Source of the DNA: Carcharhinus longimanus
Taxonomy: Eukaryota
DNA length: 64,000 bases
Reading direction: 5' to 3'
Assembly (NCBI GenBank): GCA_030264375.1
Contig: JASCQW010000119.1
Coordinates: forward strand, 12,294,535-12,358,534
Shown piece after piece: positions 37,490 through 51,142 of the stretch (the first letter of the stretch is position 1; each line of letters starts with the position of its first letter). The notes beneath the pieces are model-generated. The model saw nothing but the letters and a program-made list of their open reading frames with translations, was not told the DNA's origin and ran no database searches. The position numbers were made by a program, and so were the translations under genes.

Positions 37490-38200
37490 CTGCATAAACA
37501 AGGGGAAATTTTGATATCTGGAGACACTTGGATGTCGTTAGTCATTACTCACTAAAATCTAACATGCAAGAATTGATTAGGAAGGCAAACGACATGTTGG
37601 GCTTAATCACATTGATACTTGTTTTCAGGCGTAAATATGTCTTGCTCCAGTTATATAAAACTTCGGTGAGACCACATCTGGAGCATTGTGTACGGTTGTT
37701 GTCTCGCTACCTTTGGAAGGATGTGATCACCACAGGGAGAGTGCAACGGAGATTCATCAGACTAAACCCGGGATTGGTGGGAGANNNNNNNNNNATTATA
37801 AGCGAAGTACTTGAGAAAATCGGACCTGTCCTTTGAAAGGTTAGAGGTGATCTTATTAAAACGTACACAAATCTTACAGGTTAGACGTGGATTCCTCCAC
37901 TCGCTCGCCATCCTGGAATCAGGGCACACAGACTGCTAGTAAGTCGTAGACCATTTTAAACTCAAAAAGAATAATTCCTTATTTTGTTTGAAACTGTATT
38001 TCTCTACCCCAGAACGCGGTGGATTCCCAATCGCTGAGACTGATCAAGATAGTTTTCCGGAGAATAATAACCTAATCAGAGATGGGGAAATTGGGGGCGG
38101 GTGTAGGGGGTGGGGTAAGGTGGTGCGGGGAGGGAGAATCGCGTTAAGATAGATAATCAGCCATCACGTAATTCAGTGTTGGAGCCGGCTTGATGAAGCA
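37490..38200 (+). mobile_element. CR1 3' RT fragment (paralog about 47080-47770)
   Basis: IRKANDMLG...LLQLYKTSVRPHLEHCV. Confidence 0.8.
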
Positions 38201-38204
38201 TATG

Positions 38205-38250
38205 AGACAGAGAGATAGATAGAGAGAGAGAGAGAGAGAAAGAGAAAGAG
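38205..38250. repeat. (AG)n microsatellite
   Basis: AG/AGAA run. Confidence 0.9.
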
Positions 38251-38779
38251 AATGACGGAGAGTTGATCCTGGTGGAAATTCAGTCTGCAAATTTCTGGGA
38301 GGAAATAAAACAATGTGTGATGCCGCAGAGAAACAATCAATTGATTGGTTGATAATCATTGTGCTTGATCATCTTTGAGTGATTTGGAAAGTATTAGTCA
38401 TTGCAACGTTTCATTTGTAGTGGTAAGATTTACAAGCCGTGGTAAAGTTTATCGGGACTAATCCTTCTCTATCAGATACAAGGCTCAACGGGGGCATCCA
38501 TGAACACCCATTGGATTGGAGCAAGATGCTTCTTGGTAAAGTATTGCCGTGTATTGTCGTTGTCCTCTGCAATTCGGCTGATCAGAATATCAGCCTTTAA
38601 ATCAACCTGTTTGGCCACGTCAAAAACGCAACTGTCAAGTCCTGAAATTTGGCCTATACCCAGAGCTTGTCCAGTGTTTTATTTACAACACATTTAGATT
38701 ACTATTGGGATGATGCCGTCGTTTAGCTGGTGACATCTTCAGTGGTTGTTGGCAGAGTTGCCATCATCAAAATAATGAT

Positions 38780-39520
38780 AATCTGACGAAATTGACTGCC
38801 GTTTACAGCAAATGCCGCATTTGATCGAGTATGGCATCAAACTGCCCTAGAACATTGGATTTAGTGGAAAACTAAAAACTCCCCACCGGTTGCAACGATA
38901 CCTGGCACAAAGGACGATGGCTTTTGGTGTTGTTCACGTCACCTCAATCCCACTTCATTACTGCAAGAGTTGTTAGGGTACTGCCCAAGGCGAAACCGTC
39001 ATCAAATAATTAATCAAACACATTACCTCCTTCGTAAGTTCAAAAGTGGGATGTTCGTTGAGGACTGCACAATGCTCAGCCGCATTCACGACTCTTCAGA
39101 TACTAAGCAGTTCAGGTCCAAATGCAGCAAGACCTACACAATATCCAGGATTGGGCCGACAAGTGGCAAAGAACATTTGTGCTTCACAAACACTAGGCAA
39201 GGACCATTTCCAACACTATGGAATATAACCATCACTCAGTGACATTCTATCACCTGACCATCGCTGACTCTCCCAATATCAACATACTGAGTTACTATTG
39301 AAATGAAACTGAATTGGGCTCGTCATATGAATATTGTGGCTGTCAGAGCACGTCATGAATCATGTAGTTAGTAACATAAGTCCTTACTGCAGAAGGACAG
39401 CCTACCACCTTCAATGCAAAGTCAGGAGTATGATTGAATTTCCTGAGCATGCCTGGATGAGATCAGCTCTATAAACGCTCAAGGAGCTCGATTCACTCCA
39501 GAAAAAAAGCCTGATTGCAT
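38780..39520 (+). mobile_element. CR1-group LINE RT fragment
   Basis: gccgcatttgatcgagtatggcatcaa (AAFDRVWHQ), gggatgttcgttgaggactgcaca (GMFxxDCT), aaagtcaggagtatgattgaat. Confidence 0.7.
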
Positions 39521-39599
39521 TACCAGCCTAGATGTAAAATTAACTTCCTTCGCAAGTAGGCAGCACCACGAACAATACACAGGGCATGAAATCAAAACC

Positions 39600-41045
39600 C
39601 CTGAAGGCTGTCAAAAGTTAGAGGTATGGAGGGTTTCAGACTTGTGATTTTTGCAAGATAAGGGTCTGGAGGAAGTGACAGGTTTAGAGAGGATTTTCGG
39701 GGTTGGAAAAGGTAACAGCATTAGGGAGGGTCCAGGGGCTGGAGTAGTTTACAATGAATTGGAGGATCGGAGGGGCTAAAAGAGATTAAAACGATAGGGA
39801 GGGTGGTAAGGCCGACAGGAGGTTATGGTGAGAGGAAGGGTTTAGGTGTTTGAACAGGTTACAGAATATGGAGGTTTGTAAGGGTTGGAGCAGGTTACAA
39901 AGATGAGGGATGTTGTAGCAGTGAACACGTTAACAGATATACGATTTATTCTGGAGGTGGGGTTGCATAAAAAAAGTGACGAGTCTGGAAACGGTTATGG
40001 ATGTGGGGAGTGTTTCGGTGGTTAGCTGAGGTTACATGGAGAAGGAGGTTTTTAGGTGTTTGAGGATGTACCAGATCTAGATGTGGGATGAATTTTAGCA
40101 TCTGATGGAGGTTGCAAATACAGTGAGGGTTGTAGGAGCTGGGCGAGGTTACTGAGATCGGGAAGGCAATATTGGTTGTAGTACCTAATCTAGATAGGGG
40201 CTTTATTGGGACTGGATTTGTTTACAGAAATAAGGAAGGTTGTGAGGCCTGGTGGCTGTCACAGAGGTAGGCAGGGTTTTAGAGGCTGGAGGAGGTTACA
40301 GTGATAGGAAGGGTTGTAAGGCTGGAGGAAGACATAGCGATTGGGAACCTTCTACAAGTCACTGGAGATTACACAGATAATGAGGGTTGCGTGAAGAGGA
40401 GCTTGTAATCATTTGGAGGGGCGTAAGGATTGAAACTTGTTTAACACATTACACAGGTCAGGTGTCGAGGCTGGAGAAAGTTACAGAGTTGTGCAATGTT
40501 AATTACACTGGGAAAGGTTAAATTGATTGTAAGGGCAGGACTTTTTGGAGTCGTTTATCTAGTGTGGGAAGATTGTATGGGGCAGAGGTGAATTCAACAG
40601 AAGGTATGATTGGACGTGCTGGGTGAGTTTACGAAAATTGATAGGGCTGTGGTGTATTAAGGAATGTCCAATGATGAACTGGTTTGTAGCAGATTGAGGA
40701 GTTTGGAGGGAAAGGAAGTTTGCAGGGTCTGAATGCTGCTGCAGAAGTATGGAATATTCCGCAGGCTAGAGGATGTTTTGGAGAAAGGAGGAGTTGCAGT
40801 GTTTAATGAAAGTTACAGAGTTTGGTCGGGCTGCAGGTTCTGGAGGTGGTTACTGAGGTAGAGAGATTTGCATGAGCTGCAGTAAGATATAAAGATAGGC
40901 AGGGTTTTTGAGCCTGGCGAAGTTTACAATGGAAGGAAGTTTTGTAGGAGCTGTGACATCTACTGAGAATCGGAAGATTCCAGTGGCTTAAGGAGGGTGC
41001 AGAAAGTGGGAGATTGTAATGGCTGAAGGAAGTTACAGAGATCCG
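39600..41045. repeat. Degenerate 36-37-bp satellite
   Basis: Consensus approx. gggctggaggaggttacagagatagggagggttgtag; e.g. gct at 39738 and 39775. Confidence 0.85.
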
Positions 41046-41060
41046 GACCGAACCTCCCAT
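41046..41060 (-). pseudogene. Truncated exon 1 stub of a GPR139-like paralog (MGGSV..)
   Basis: ATG GGA GGT TCG GTC vs ATG GGA GGT TTG GTC in the functional exon 1. Upstream flank is homologous; the sequence then runs into the satellite. Confidence 0.7.
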
Positions 41061-44000
41061 CCTCGGAGAGAGTCAGTGACGTATTCTACAGCTCGAGACA
41101 GCTGCACACGGAAACACAAAGATGGAGCAAGTCAGGCATCATCTAATATAACCCCAGGAGGACCTCCCAGTGAGAGAGGGAGCTCAGGGGACCTGATACC
41201 AGTTGCAATTAATTTAGCAGACACACTAGGCTAGAGCATCTTAGCTATCTTGATACACTAGGAGAGATTAGATCGACAATGATCTTTTTAAAGCGCACAG
41301 AAATATTGTAATAGTAAAGATTTCCTGAATCTTCCATTGGAAATGGCTGCATTTATCATGTGCCATATTTCATGAATTTGTCCTTATTAACTCAGGCTGC
41401 TTGATAGACCTTGCTCTCGGGGCTAAGGCTTCAATTTCTGTCGCCCCGTAGATTACTTCAGGACAAGCTCCAGTGTTCATGGAATATATTCAAATTGAAG
41501 TCGATGCTGTTCCCTAATTCCACACAGCAATCCCCACTTCACATATATGAGGCAATATCAACTTATGGGAACTAGAATATGACACACAGCCCCTGAATCA
41601 TGTGGTGCCATTCACTGTGACCATGGCGGATCCGAAGATGCCTCAATATCTCTTTCCGGCTTCCTCACATAACCTTTGACTTCCTTCTAAATGTAAGAAA
41701 TATTTTCAAGTCAGCCTTGAAATAGTTAATGATGCAGCTTCAAGTTTTCGCTGAAGTACGGAATCCCAACGTTAAATGCAACTTTGAGTGAGAGAAAAAA
41801 AAATTCTTTAAAATTTCAGGGAAATTCTAGACCCATTCTTCGGAAACTGTGTTCCAGATACCAGCCCTCACTGCGCATCACCTCAACACCTACCCTGTCA
41901 AGCCTTCTCAGAACAATTTATGCTTCATTCAGGTAACATTTCCAACTTCTAAACTCCAAACTGCCCAACCTCTCCTTATAAAATAGTAGCTTGATCCCAA
42001 ACACCAACTTGGTGCACATTCCCTGAACTACTTCCATTGCTATTATATTGGTTGTTAAATTAGGGGATTCAAACTCCATGCAGTGCACTCGGTGTGGCAT
42101 CACCAATACCATGTGCAGTTGTAGCAAGCTAGCTTATGTTTTGCACCCTTTAAATAATTGCCTGTAAGCCATTATATTTTAATTATTGATGTACCTGCAT
42201 ATTAATTCATTTTCAGCACACTCAAGCATCTTCCATTTTTACCATTTTTACTCTCTCGTCGCTTACATAATGCTGTTCTTTTTTTTCCTTCCAAAGTGCA
42301 GTATCTCACATATCCCCTAATCATTATCCATGTTCTTATTCTCTGGCCACAAATTTCACCTTTGCAGATATTTTTGTATCCTCCTCACTATTTGCTTTCC
42401 CACCTAGCAACTTATGGTCAGTAAATTTGGCTACAGTGATTTCTGTCTCTTAAGTCCAATCGTTAGTATAGATTACAAACCGTTGGGATCCTGGCACAGA
42501 TCTCTCTGGCATCCAATCCCGCGCAGTTCATCAAAGTGCTCATATTGATCCATTTGTCTCCTGTCAGTTAGTAGCGTAGAATATTGTTGCCTTCTCCATG
42601 AACTCTGACTTTATATCTTAACGTTTTATTTACATTAGCCTCATTCACTGGAAATGATATGAAGCAAATGCCGCATACCAATTTGTGATGGCATCATTCT
42701 GAATAGGTCAGATTTGCTTCTGGTTGACACAGTGAGATTTTTTGGCTTCTCAGCTACACGAGTCCCGCTGATATGATCGGTCGGTGAATTGCAATCAGAG
42801 TATTAGAACTGGTTAACAATCATCATTGCTGGTCGCTGCCTTTGGCATTGGATCCTGGTGCAAAGCCACTGTGGTTACTTGTTGTCAGGATGGCATCCAC
42901 CAGCTCATGCGGCATGTCACCATCTGCCTCTCTAGTTGGATAGTGACTTCCACTAGTGAAAATACGTGTCTTCATGCTATGCATCCAATCGTCATTGAAG
43001 CCACAATCGACTCATCACCTACTCTTGCTTTCCTCATCTTGAAGTTGATCCACAGGATTGAGACCATCTTCAATCCTTTGAATAGATGTGAGCGAACAAA
43101 GTTGCATCTACTTGATAAGGATTGGCACACACTGGACATCTGTCTTTGTGAAAACGGTTTATCAATAATTTTGTTCTTTCCTCTGATGTCCAGGCTGCGA
43201 CTATTTTCTTCATAAACCTCAGCTGCTTTTGCTTCCCAGAAATGAAGGAAGGTGCTAAGGATAATGTTGTCATAAACCAGTGTCTTGCTACTGGGAGTAG
43301 TATGACACTTTGCTTATAGAATTCACTCGTCGGCTAAGGGTGATTACTGCTTATTTTCATTAAGCATCGGGTGGCTATCCATCAGGGACTCATGATTGTT
43401 TATTTTTGTTTCAACTTAGAGCAAAGTTTATCTTCATATGCAGGATGCAATACTGAAAATTAAAAATAGGCAGCATATAGTCGTGGTGACTGAGGGCTCG
43501 ATCTTGGACCGGAAATCAGTGGACAGAACCCTCTCAGTGATCTGAAAACCCCCATCCATTTTGACAGCAGCAACTCCCAAGAGCAACAAGTCAATCACTG
43601 TGCTATTCCTGACCACGGTGCGAGGTACATCTCCCTCTTTCATAACCAGATTTGTCATAGTGCTTTCTTATGAGGGGGGAATAAGCAAATGGTATATCTA
43701 AGACAAGTAATGACTGTTGCTAACCGTGTATAATCAAGGTAGACCGATACTCTGATTAAGAGTCGCAGTAATTTCCCTTTGTTTCCATCGTGGATATGTT
43801 GAAGAGTTTGTTATCTGATCTGGTAGCCAGGAAATCTGCTTCCAGAATTGCAAACCAGGAGGATCGAGAAGGAAAGTGGGGCTTGGACTCAAAATATTTT
43901 CTCTCTGAAACTGTCAGAAGTGTTTCTCTAAACTGCAAAGTGCATTTCATGTTGTCATCAAAGGAACCAATGAGAGGGTTGTTGGGTAGCCATTTTTTCC

Positions 44001-44123
44001 CAATATGCTGTGGGGTCGTGCTCTGGTAGCGATGTCAAATTCTTCCCTGAGAGCTGTGAAAACGAGGTAGAGAGTTGCAAACTGTCCCTTACACATGTCC
44101 TTCTGCTGACATACGGAGAGAAT

Positions 44124-44440
44124 GTGGCACAATGCTTAATGCTGCTGCCTCACAGCACCAGGGAGTTGGGCTCGATTTCAAGCTTGGGTTACTGTCTGAG
44201 TGGATTTGCCCGTTCTCCCCATGTCTGCATGAGTTTCCTCCGGGTGCTCCAGTTTCCTCCCACTGTCCAAAGATGTGTGGGTTAGTTGGAATGGCCATGC
44301 TAAATTGCCCCTTAGATCCAGGGGACTAGCTAGTATAAATGTATGGAGCTATGGGGATAAGAATTGGGTGGGATTGTGGTCACTGCAGATTCAATGGACC
44401 GCATGGCCTCCTCCTGTTTTGTAGGATTATATGATTCTGT
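44124..44440 (+). mobile_element. HE1-type SINE (copy B only) with candidate 6-bp TSD
   Basis: GAGAAT at 44118-44123 and 44441-44446; empty site in copy A near 34530. Confidence 0.8.
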
Positions 44441-45039
44441 GAGAATCAGAACTATAGAAAATCTGCCTGCAATGAAACAGATCACTGCTCCTGGATACAC
44501 TCAGTCCACAAACAACATTGGCATAGGCAACATGGTGGCACAATGGTTTGCACTGCTTCCTCAAGCGCCAGGGACCCGGATTCAATATCCACCTCAGGGG
44601 ACTGCTGGCGTGGAGCTTGCACTTTCTTCTAGTGTCTGCGTGGGTTTCCTCTGGGTGCTCCGGTTGTCTCCATGATCCAAGAAATGCAGATTATGTGGAT
44701 TGTCCATGCTAACTTGCATCTCTAATCAGGCAGATTTGCACGGCAAAACATTGTGGGTACGTGGATATGACCAGGGTGGGATTGTTGTCCCACCCGGGTA
44801 CACCCTCGATGGGCTGAACGGCTTCCTTCGTATTATGTATTTATGATTTTACAGAAAAGTTCATAATGAGAACCAGATATGTAAAACCCATATAGTGGGT
44901 GCAACTTCCTCTGCCACATTTCTTTTAGAGGAATGTGATGATTTTTTTTGGATGGGGGTGTTGACATATCCTGTGGAATATAAAGTGAAATGTCGCCACG
45001 GTATAGGAGGATCATAGGCTGCTGTCCCCTTTGAGAGAG

Positions 45040-45285
45040 AACATAGAACATAGAACATAGAACCCTACAGTGCAGAAAGAGGCCNNNNNNNNNNNNNNNN
45101 NNNNNNNNNNNNNNNNNNNNNNNNNNNNNNNNNNNNNNNNNNNNNNNNNNNNNNNNNNNNNNNNNNNNNNNNNNNNNNNNNNNNCAGTGCAGAAAGAGGC
45201 CCTTCGGCCCATCGAGTCTGCACTGAACACAATCCCACCCAGGCCCTATCCCCATATCCCTACACATTTACCCGCTAATCCCTGT
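45040..45285 (-). mobile_element. HE1-type SINE 3' part with (AACATAG)n tail
   Basis: acatagaacatagaacatagaa...ggcccttcggcccatcgagtctgcac. Confidence 0.75.
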
Positions 45286-48200
45286 GATTCGAGAGTGACT
45301 GTGGAGTCATCAGGCCTCAGGTGAGCGGTATGGTTGAGAAAGTGTGGACTTCATGAATTATCTAAGCCTGTATGGGAATAGAATCCACACTTTTCATGGC
45401 AATTTGTATCATGAATCAACCCTCCAACCAACTGAACTAACCGACCCCCTCCTTTAGAATGTATATTCTAAAGTGAGATAGCCATGGTAACGGGGATAGG
45501 GCAACGGGTGCTCCTGGGAAACAAGTTCTTTTGTAGAATCGGTGCAAAGGTAATGGGCCGAATGGACTCTTTTTCGCAGTTGTGGTTTTATGCAGCTTCC
45601 ACAGCGCTGACAATTGCAGGTCATTCATGGTTGCATGAGGGTTAAGATACAATTGTTTAAGGTTTTTCATTCACAGCGGAAAGGCTGTCTGGGTGTCAAT
45701 GTCAGGCATACAGTTGGCTCAGAAGTAAACTAAAGTTCCTAAACTCGATTGACAAGGCAATTTCCAGCATTCTCGCTTGAAAGATAGATGGGAAAGTGAG
45801 GATTATCCAAGGAAGCATTCCCAATACCGCATTCAAAACATGGGAAGGAAGAATAGAATACCACTGACTAATTTGAGACTAGCTTCACTGTCATGGAAAC
45901 TGCACTTAAACACGAGAAAAAATACGAGAGATCCGAGAGAGAACAATCTGATTTTGCTAATTGTTGCTCAAAATCAATTCCAACAACTGCTAGGCTCTTC
46001 ACCAATAAACACTGATTGTAACTTTGCCGCAACATCCAGCTTTGCTTGCACACTGGGAATACTCGCGGTGTAATGGTATCCAAAAGACAATATGCCCATT
46101 CCGCACATAAAATGGCTCCATTGTGAACATAACAAGGAAGATCATCAACAACTGCATTGTACCGAGGAGAGTTGGCTGCAACACAACATTGATTGGTTTA
46201 CAAATATGTTAATGGATGTAGCCCTAACTGTCTAGGTCAACATTTATTGTCCATCGATTATTGCCCTTCTTCCCTTCTTGAACAGTGCAGTCCTCCTAAT
46301 ATAACTACATACGCATTTTTGCGAGGAAGGGTGTTCAGGATTGGAGGGTGTTGCCGAAAGAGTTTTGGTGAGAGGCTGCTGAGCGTTTTGCAAAGCCAAA
46401 ATTTAATCTATGCCTCCTTTTATGAGTTTAATTGGTTCTGCTAGATTCACAATGTCCGTCATTCCAGCCACTAAGATTTCCTCAGGGTGAACCTGTTAGG
46501 TTTGTGGCCAATCATGTCAAGATTCAAGAATGGAAAACCCCCTACACCCATGATCAGATTAATCATGAACTTGGAATTCCAGTTCTGTCGATAATCGATA
46601 TCAACATGTTTGCACAATTGCTGAACTGTTACTGCACAGCGAGAGGCCACTCGGTCGATTGTCTCCTTTGCTGGCACTCTGCAGCATCACATCCGCCCCA
46701 GTCCATACATTACTACTCTGCAGCCGTGGAATGTTCCTCTCTTCAATTAATTTTCCAGAACTTTGAGAAGATAACAATGGAACTGCCTAAACTATACTAT
46801 CACCAGGAGCATTCGAGATTATATCCTTGACTTTATAAAAATTAAAATCTTCCTGTCGCCGACGGTTCTGCTGTGTAATCATCTTAAATCATTGCCCTCT
46901 TCATGTCGACCATTTTGCTATCGGGAACAATTCGTCCATATTCGCCCTTGCTCTGATCTCTTACAGGCTTGACCACATACCCAGAGGCTTGAATGTGAAC
47001 AGAAGAATGTAATTTGTTCCGAACATAATTTAATTAATTGGAACGTTCCCCGCAATATCAATATTTTGTATATGCATAAATAGGGGAATGTTGACGTCTG
47101 GAGAGTCTTAGTTGTCGTTCGTCATTAGACACTAAAATCTAACATGCATGGGATAAAATTGATTAGGAAGACAAACGGAATTTTGCGCATCATCACAAAT
47201 AGTTTTAAATAGAGGCGAAAATATGTCTTGCACCTGTTATATAATTGTAGTGAGACCTCATCTGAAGTATTGTGTGCGGTTGTTGTCTTGCTGCCGAAGG
47301 AAGGATGCATGTACTATAGGGAGAGTGCCATGGAGGTTCACCAGACTAAACACGGGTTTTTTTTTTCGAGAATTATAAGTGGAGTGATTGAGAAAAGTGA
47401 ACCTTTGCTTTGAGAGATTAGATGTGATCTCATTAAAATCTTACAGGGCGTGTGACAGGGTACATGTGGATAAGTTGTGTCCACTTGCAAGCAATTCTGG
47501 AACCAGGGTAGACATTCTCCCAGTAAGACATAGACCATTTGAAGCTCAGATGAAGATGAATTCCTTATTTTGTTTGAGAGGGTGGTATATCTTTGACTTT
47601 CTCTAACCCAGAGGATTGTGGATTCTCAGTATTTAAGATGGGTCAAGATAGATTTCTGGAGAATAAGGACATCAAAGGAAAAGGGTAAATTAGGGGTTAA
47701 GAAGAATAGCATTGAGATGGATGATCAGCCTTCACCAAATTCAATGCTGGGGCCTGCTTAATGAACCATAAGNNNNNNNNNNNNNNNNNNNNNNNNNNNN
47801 NNNNNNNNNNNNNNNNNNNNNNNNNNNNNNNNNNNNNNNNNNNNNNNNNNNNNNNNNNNNNNNNNNNNNNNNCTCCTGTTTCCGAAGTTTGCACATGTCC
47901 TGAGGGTCACATTAAATTAGCTGAAGGTCGCAAGAAACAAATTCAACTTTCTGTTGTTTTGTGTAAAATTATTTAATTTTTGCAATCTTATCCTTGTCAT
48001 CAGAGTTCGTGAAGTTTTATAAAAACGTTTAGATTCACAAAATAGAGTGAAAATGCTGAAAAAAGTTATTATCCTATCAACTATACACGATTTTATGACT
48101 GTAGATTAAAGCATTCCATAAAACTTCAGGAAAATATGTATTCTCATAGCCCTCATTCCAAAGTGATGTTGTTTGTATAATCCCACAACGTCAGCTGTAT

Positions 48201-48291
48201 TAAAGTCTGGCCATTTCGGCATCATCCAAGCTCATTCTCAGATCTGTTCTGATTACTGTTCATCATCAGGATGCTTTTACCATTGGTCTTT

Positions 48292-48381
48292 TCATGAGTT
48301 TCCAAACTTGATAGCTGCGTAGATGATCTCTTCATTTTGAATTGGCTTTGTCACTTCCCGGCCATGAGTATGGTGATTACT
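48292..48381 (-). CDS. Siglec-like receptor, last coding exon with ITIM-like motif
   Basis: Acceptor gttctttcacAG, phase 0; SNHHTHGREVTKPIQNEEIIYAAIKFGNS*. Confidence 0.8.
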   Translation of the reverse strand, partial: SNHHTHGREVTKPIQNEEIIYAAIKFGNS

Positions 48382-50232
48382 CTGTGAAAGAACACGATTA
48401 TTTTTAGTTATAGAGTTACTGTGGACATGAACTGAAGGCGGTGGTTAGTGCCCTGTTTGTATGAGAAAAATGTTTTCATCCAGGATGAGCTTTCTCATGT
48501 TCCATCAGATGTGTGATATCGATTATCGAGAACTTTAAAAAAAATGTTCTTGAAATTCAGGCTAAATGAAAATGCTGCCTGTGTGACAAATTTGAAAACT
48601 GTGCTTCAGATGTGTTTAATAATCTGCTTCTGGTCACTGTGATTCTCGGATCATTTTGGGACAAGAGTTGCTACGTACTTAATAAACACTGCAATGGGAA
48701 AGCACGACAGTAAATTACTCGAATAAAGAGCATAATTATTTAGATTGATGTATTTATGAACATTTCAATACTCTGTGAAACTGACGAAGTAGTTTAGCCT
48801 AGTCAATGTTGTGAGGTAACAAAGATGACAGCCAGTTTCAGACACAGCAAGATCAAACAAACTAGAACTGTTTATCCAGGAATTTATAATGCCAATTAAA
48901 GATTAACATTGGCTCTGATATTGACTTAATGTTAGCTAATGACTCTAAATGTATTGGCTTATTACAGGTTAGAACAATTGGAAATACTAATTTGGCCCGA
49001 CAAAATGTGTGCAAGAGAATACTAGTTCAAATTATGGCTCACTGACAACTCTCATTTCGACTGGGAAAAGCTAGAGAGTCAAGTGTTTTTTTTTATTAAA
49101 CAGGGGCAGAAGTGGGAAAAAAGCCATAGGGGAGCAGAAGGGAAGATATGCAAGATATGTTGCTGGGTGAAAATCCTGGGTCTTCCGCCCTAACAGCACT
49201 CGGTGTGGACTGAGACCACATGGATTGCAGATTTTCACGAAGGTGGCTCACCAACACCTTTTCAAGCGAAGTTAGGATTGGCAATAAATATTGGCCAGCG
49301 ATTCCCAAATACTATGAAGAAAGACAAAAACAGTTAAGAACTCTATTAAAGATGGAAAGTAGAAGAATTTTCATCAGAAAAAAAAGGTAATTGCAAAAGG
49401 TACAAACAAATGGATATTGGCAAAGAAAAAAAACGGAGAGGCATAGAACAGGTGTGAATGGTGTCAGCAAGAACATTAACAAAAGCTGTAAAATGGACGT
49501 GATAATTCAGACCTAAAATTTTATGACATCAACCTGTTGTCATGTTTATGCTTTTAATACTAATACTGTCTCTTGGGACATGTTTGCTTCTTTTGGCTGT
49601 TACATTATAGTCTATAGTTGGCTTGCATCATCATCTTCTCCTTCATCCACCCTTACTCTTATCACCTTTTGATCCTATCCCTTTCGAATCTCCTCCAAAA
49701 CCTTTTACTCTCCATTTCTTCATTTGATAAAATATAGTTTCATCTTTCAATTTTACAAGTTCTGAAGGAGGTTAGTAAACTGAAAGTTTAATTAGGTGCA
49801 TCTGAATTAATGAGGATTTCCAGTATTCCCTATTGATTTAGTTCCATTTCCAAGTCACTACATATTGTTTTTTTGATTGTTCTTCCTGCAAGTCTATGTG
49901 GCTTATGAAGGACANNNNNNNNNNTTAAATGGACAGATAATTCCAGAGAGTCACCACCTTTTGAGTGAAGGAGTTCCTCCTCAACTCCGATATAAACTGC
50001 GCCCCCCCCCCCCCCTCCCCATTATTTTGAGGCTGTGCCGCCTAGTTCTCCTATCCTTTCTACGTGGCTTAGTCAAGTCTCCATGATTTGCTGTCAGGAA
50101 CGCGGTGAGGCCAGTCCCACCTTAAACTCTCAGGAATCATGTTTCTGAAACTGCCATTGATGTATTGAGTTTTCCCTGAGTCATTTACGGTTTGAAAAGT
50201 AGCAATGGCCCGCAATGCTGGCCATAACTTGC

Positions 50233-50320
50233 CTCGGAATTTGATGTATTCTGTGTAGACCGGTAAATTACCAAATCCTCCTGCCTTCCTCCCACATGTG
50301 CAGCATCTTCCAGTTTCTTC
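50233..50320 (-). CDS. Siglec-like receptor, cytoplasmic exon
   Basis: Acceptor gtcactcttcAG, phase 2 matching the TM exon; MKKLEDAAHVGGRQEDLVIYRSTQNTSNSE; GC donor GAG|GCAAGT, phase 0. Confidence 0.75.
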
Positions 50321-51048
50321 CTGAAGAGTGACAAATAAATAAAAAAAATTTCTGAGGATGATCTAGAATGTTTCCCTAATGTATATTATGTCGATCATCA
50401 GGTGCATTAGGAGGTTTGCAAAGTCTTGTTTTTGCTCCTCTGCTGCGCTCAAATATAGCTGGCCAGTTCCAGTCACTGAAGCAATTGTTCACAATGAAGC
50501 AATCCACAAAATATCAGCAACATCTGACTGAAATAAGCCATTTTGGAAGAGGCATTTCTACTCCTTCAGCCCATTGACCTAAAGACTGTTTTTAAAGAAA
50601 TGTTCCACAATTTCTGACTATTTCAGTCAATGTTTGATTCTGAGATTGGGCGTAATATTCTAGTATATTGTTAGAGACATTCCTGGGACAAGAACATTCA
50701 ATTGAGCACAAGCTCCCGATTGTCCTGCGCATATTCTTTAAACACAGAAAATACTTCTGCCAAATCGCATAATAAAATAAAATGTTCTGACTGGAATTAG
50801 ATATGTAGGCAGATGTAGGCAGGACGTGCAGGTTTAAGAGAGAAAATCAAAGAATATAATGTAACTGGAAGAATGTTCAGGCAGACAGTTCAATCAGTCA
50901 CTAATACTCCACTATTAATGATGCTGGTGGCTTTTGAATTAGTTCATCTAAGTTTTTAACAATTCTTGTGAGTAATTGCTTCAAGGACAAACAGCCTCGA
51001 GTGTTGAAGCTTACAATTCTATTCTACGTAATAAAGGATCACACTTAC

Positions 51049-51142
51049 ATCTTTATCTTCGCAGCAATCAGGGTTGCAATTAATCCAACAAGACCAGCGG
51101 ATCCTCCGCAAATAATGGAGAACATTTTCCAGGAATACATTC
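51049..51142 (-). CDS. Siglec-like receptor, transmembrane exon
   Basis: Acceptor atttttAG; GMYSWKMFSIICGGSAGLVGLIATLIAAKIK; donor AT|GTAAGT. Confidence 0.85.

Larger units (their letters stand above)
30411..38340. repeat. Segmental duplication copy A (GPCR 5' flank)
   Basis: Colinear similarity with 41051-47945 throughout, including shared CR1, RTE and SINE fragments. Confidence 0.9.
41051..47945. repeat. Segmental duplication copy B
   Basis: Starts aacctcccatcct as copy A does at 30411; colinear to the CR1 3' end at about 47770. Confidence 0.9.

Noticed and set aside
45068-45201. cagtgcagaaagaggcc repeated across a 100-N gap
   Set aside because: Same assembly-overlap pattern, within a SINE.
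50254-50271. VIYRST as a second ITIM
   Set aside because: The Y+3 residue is Thr rather than L/V/I.
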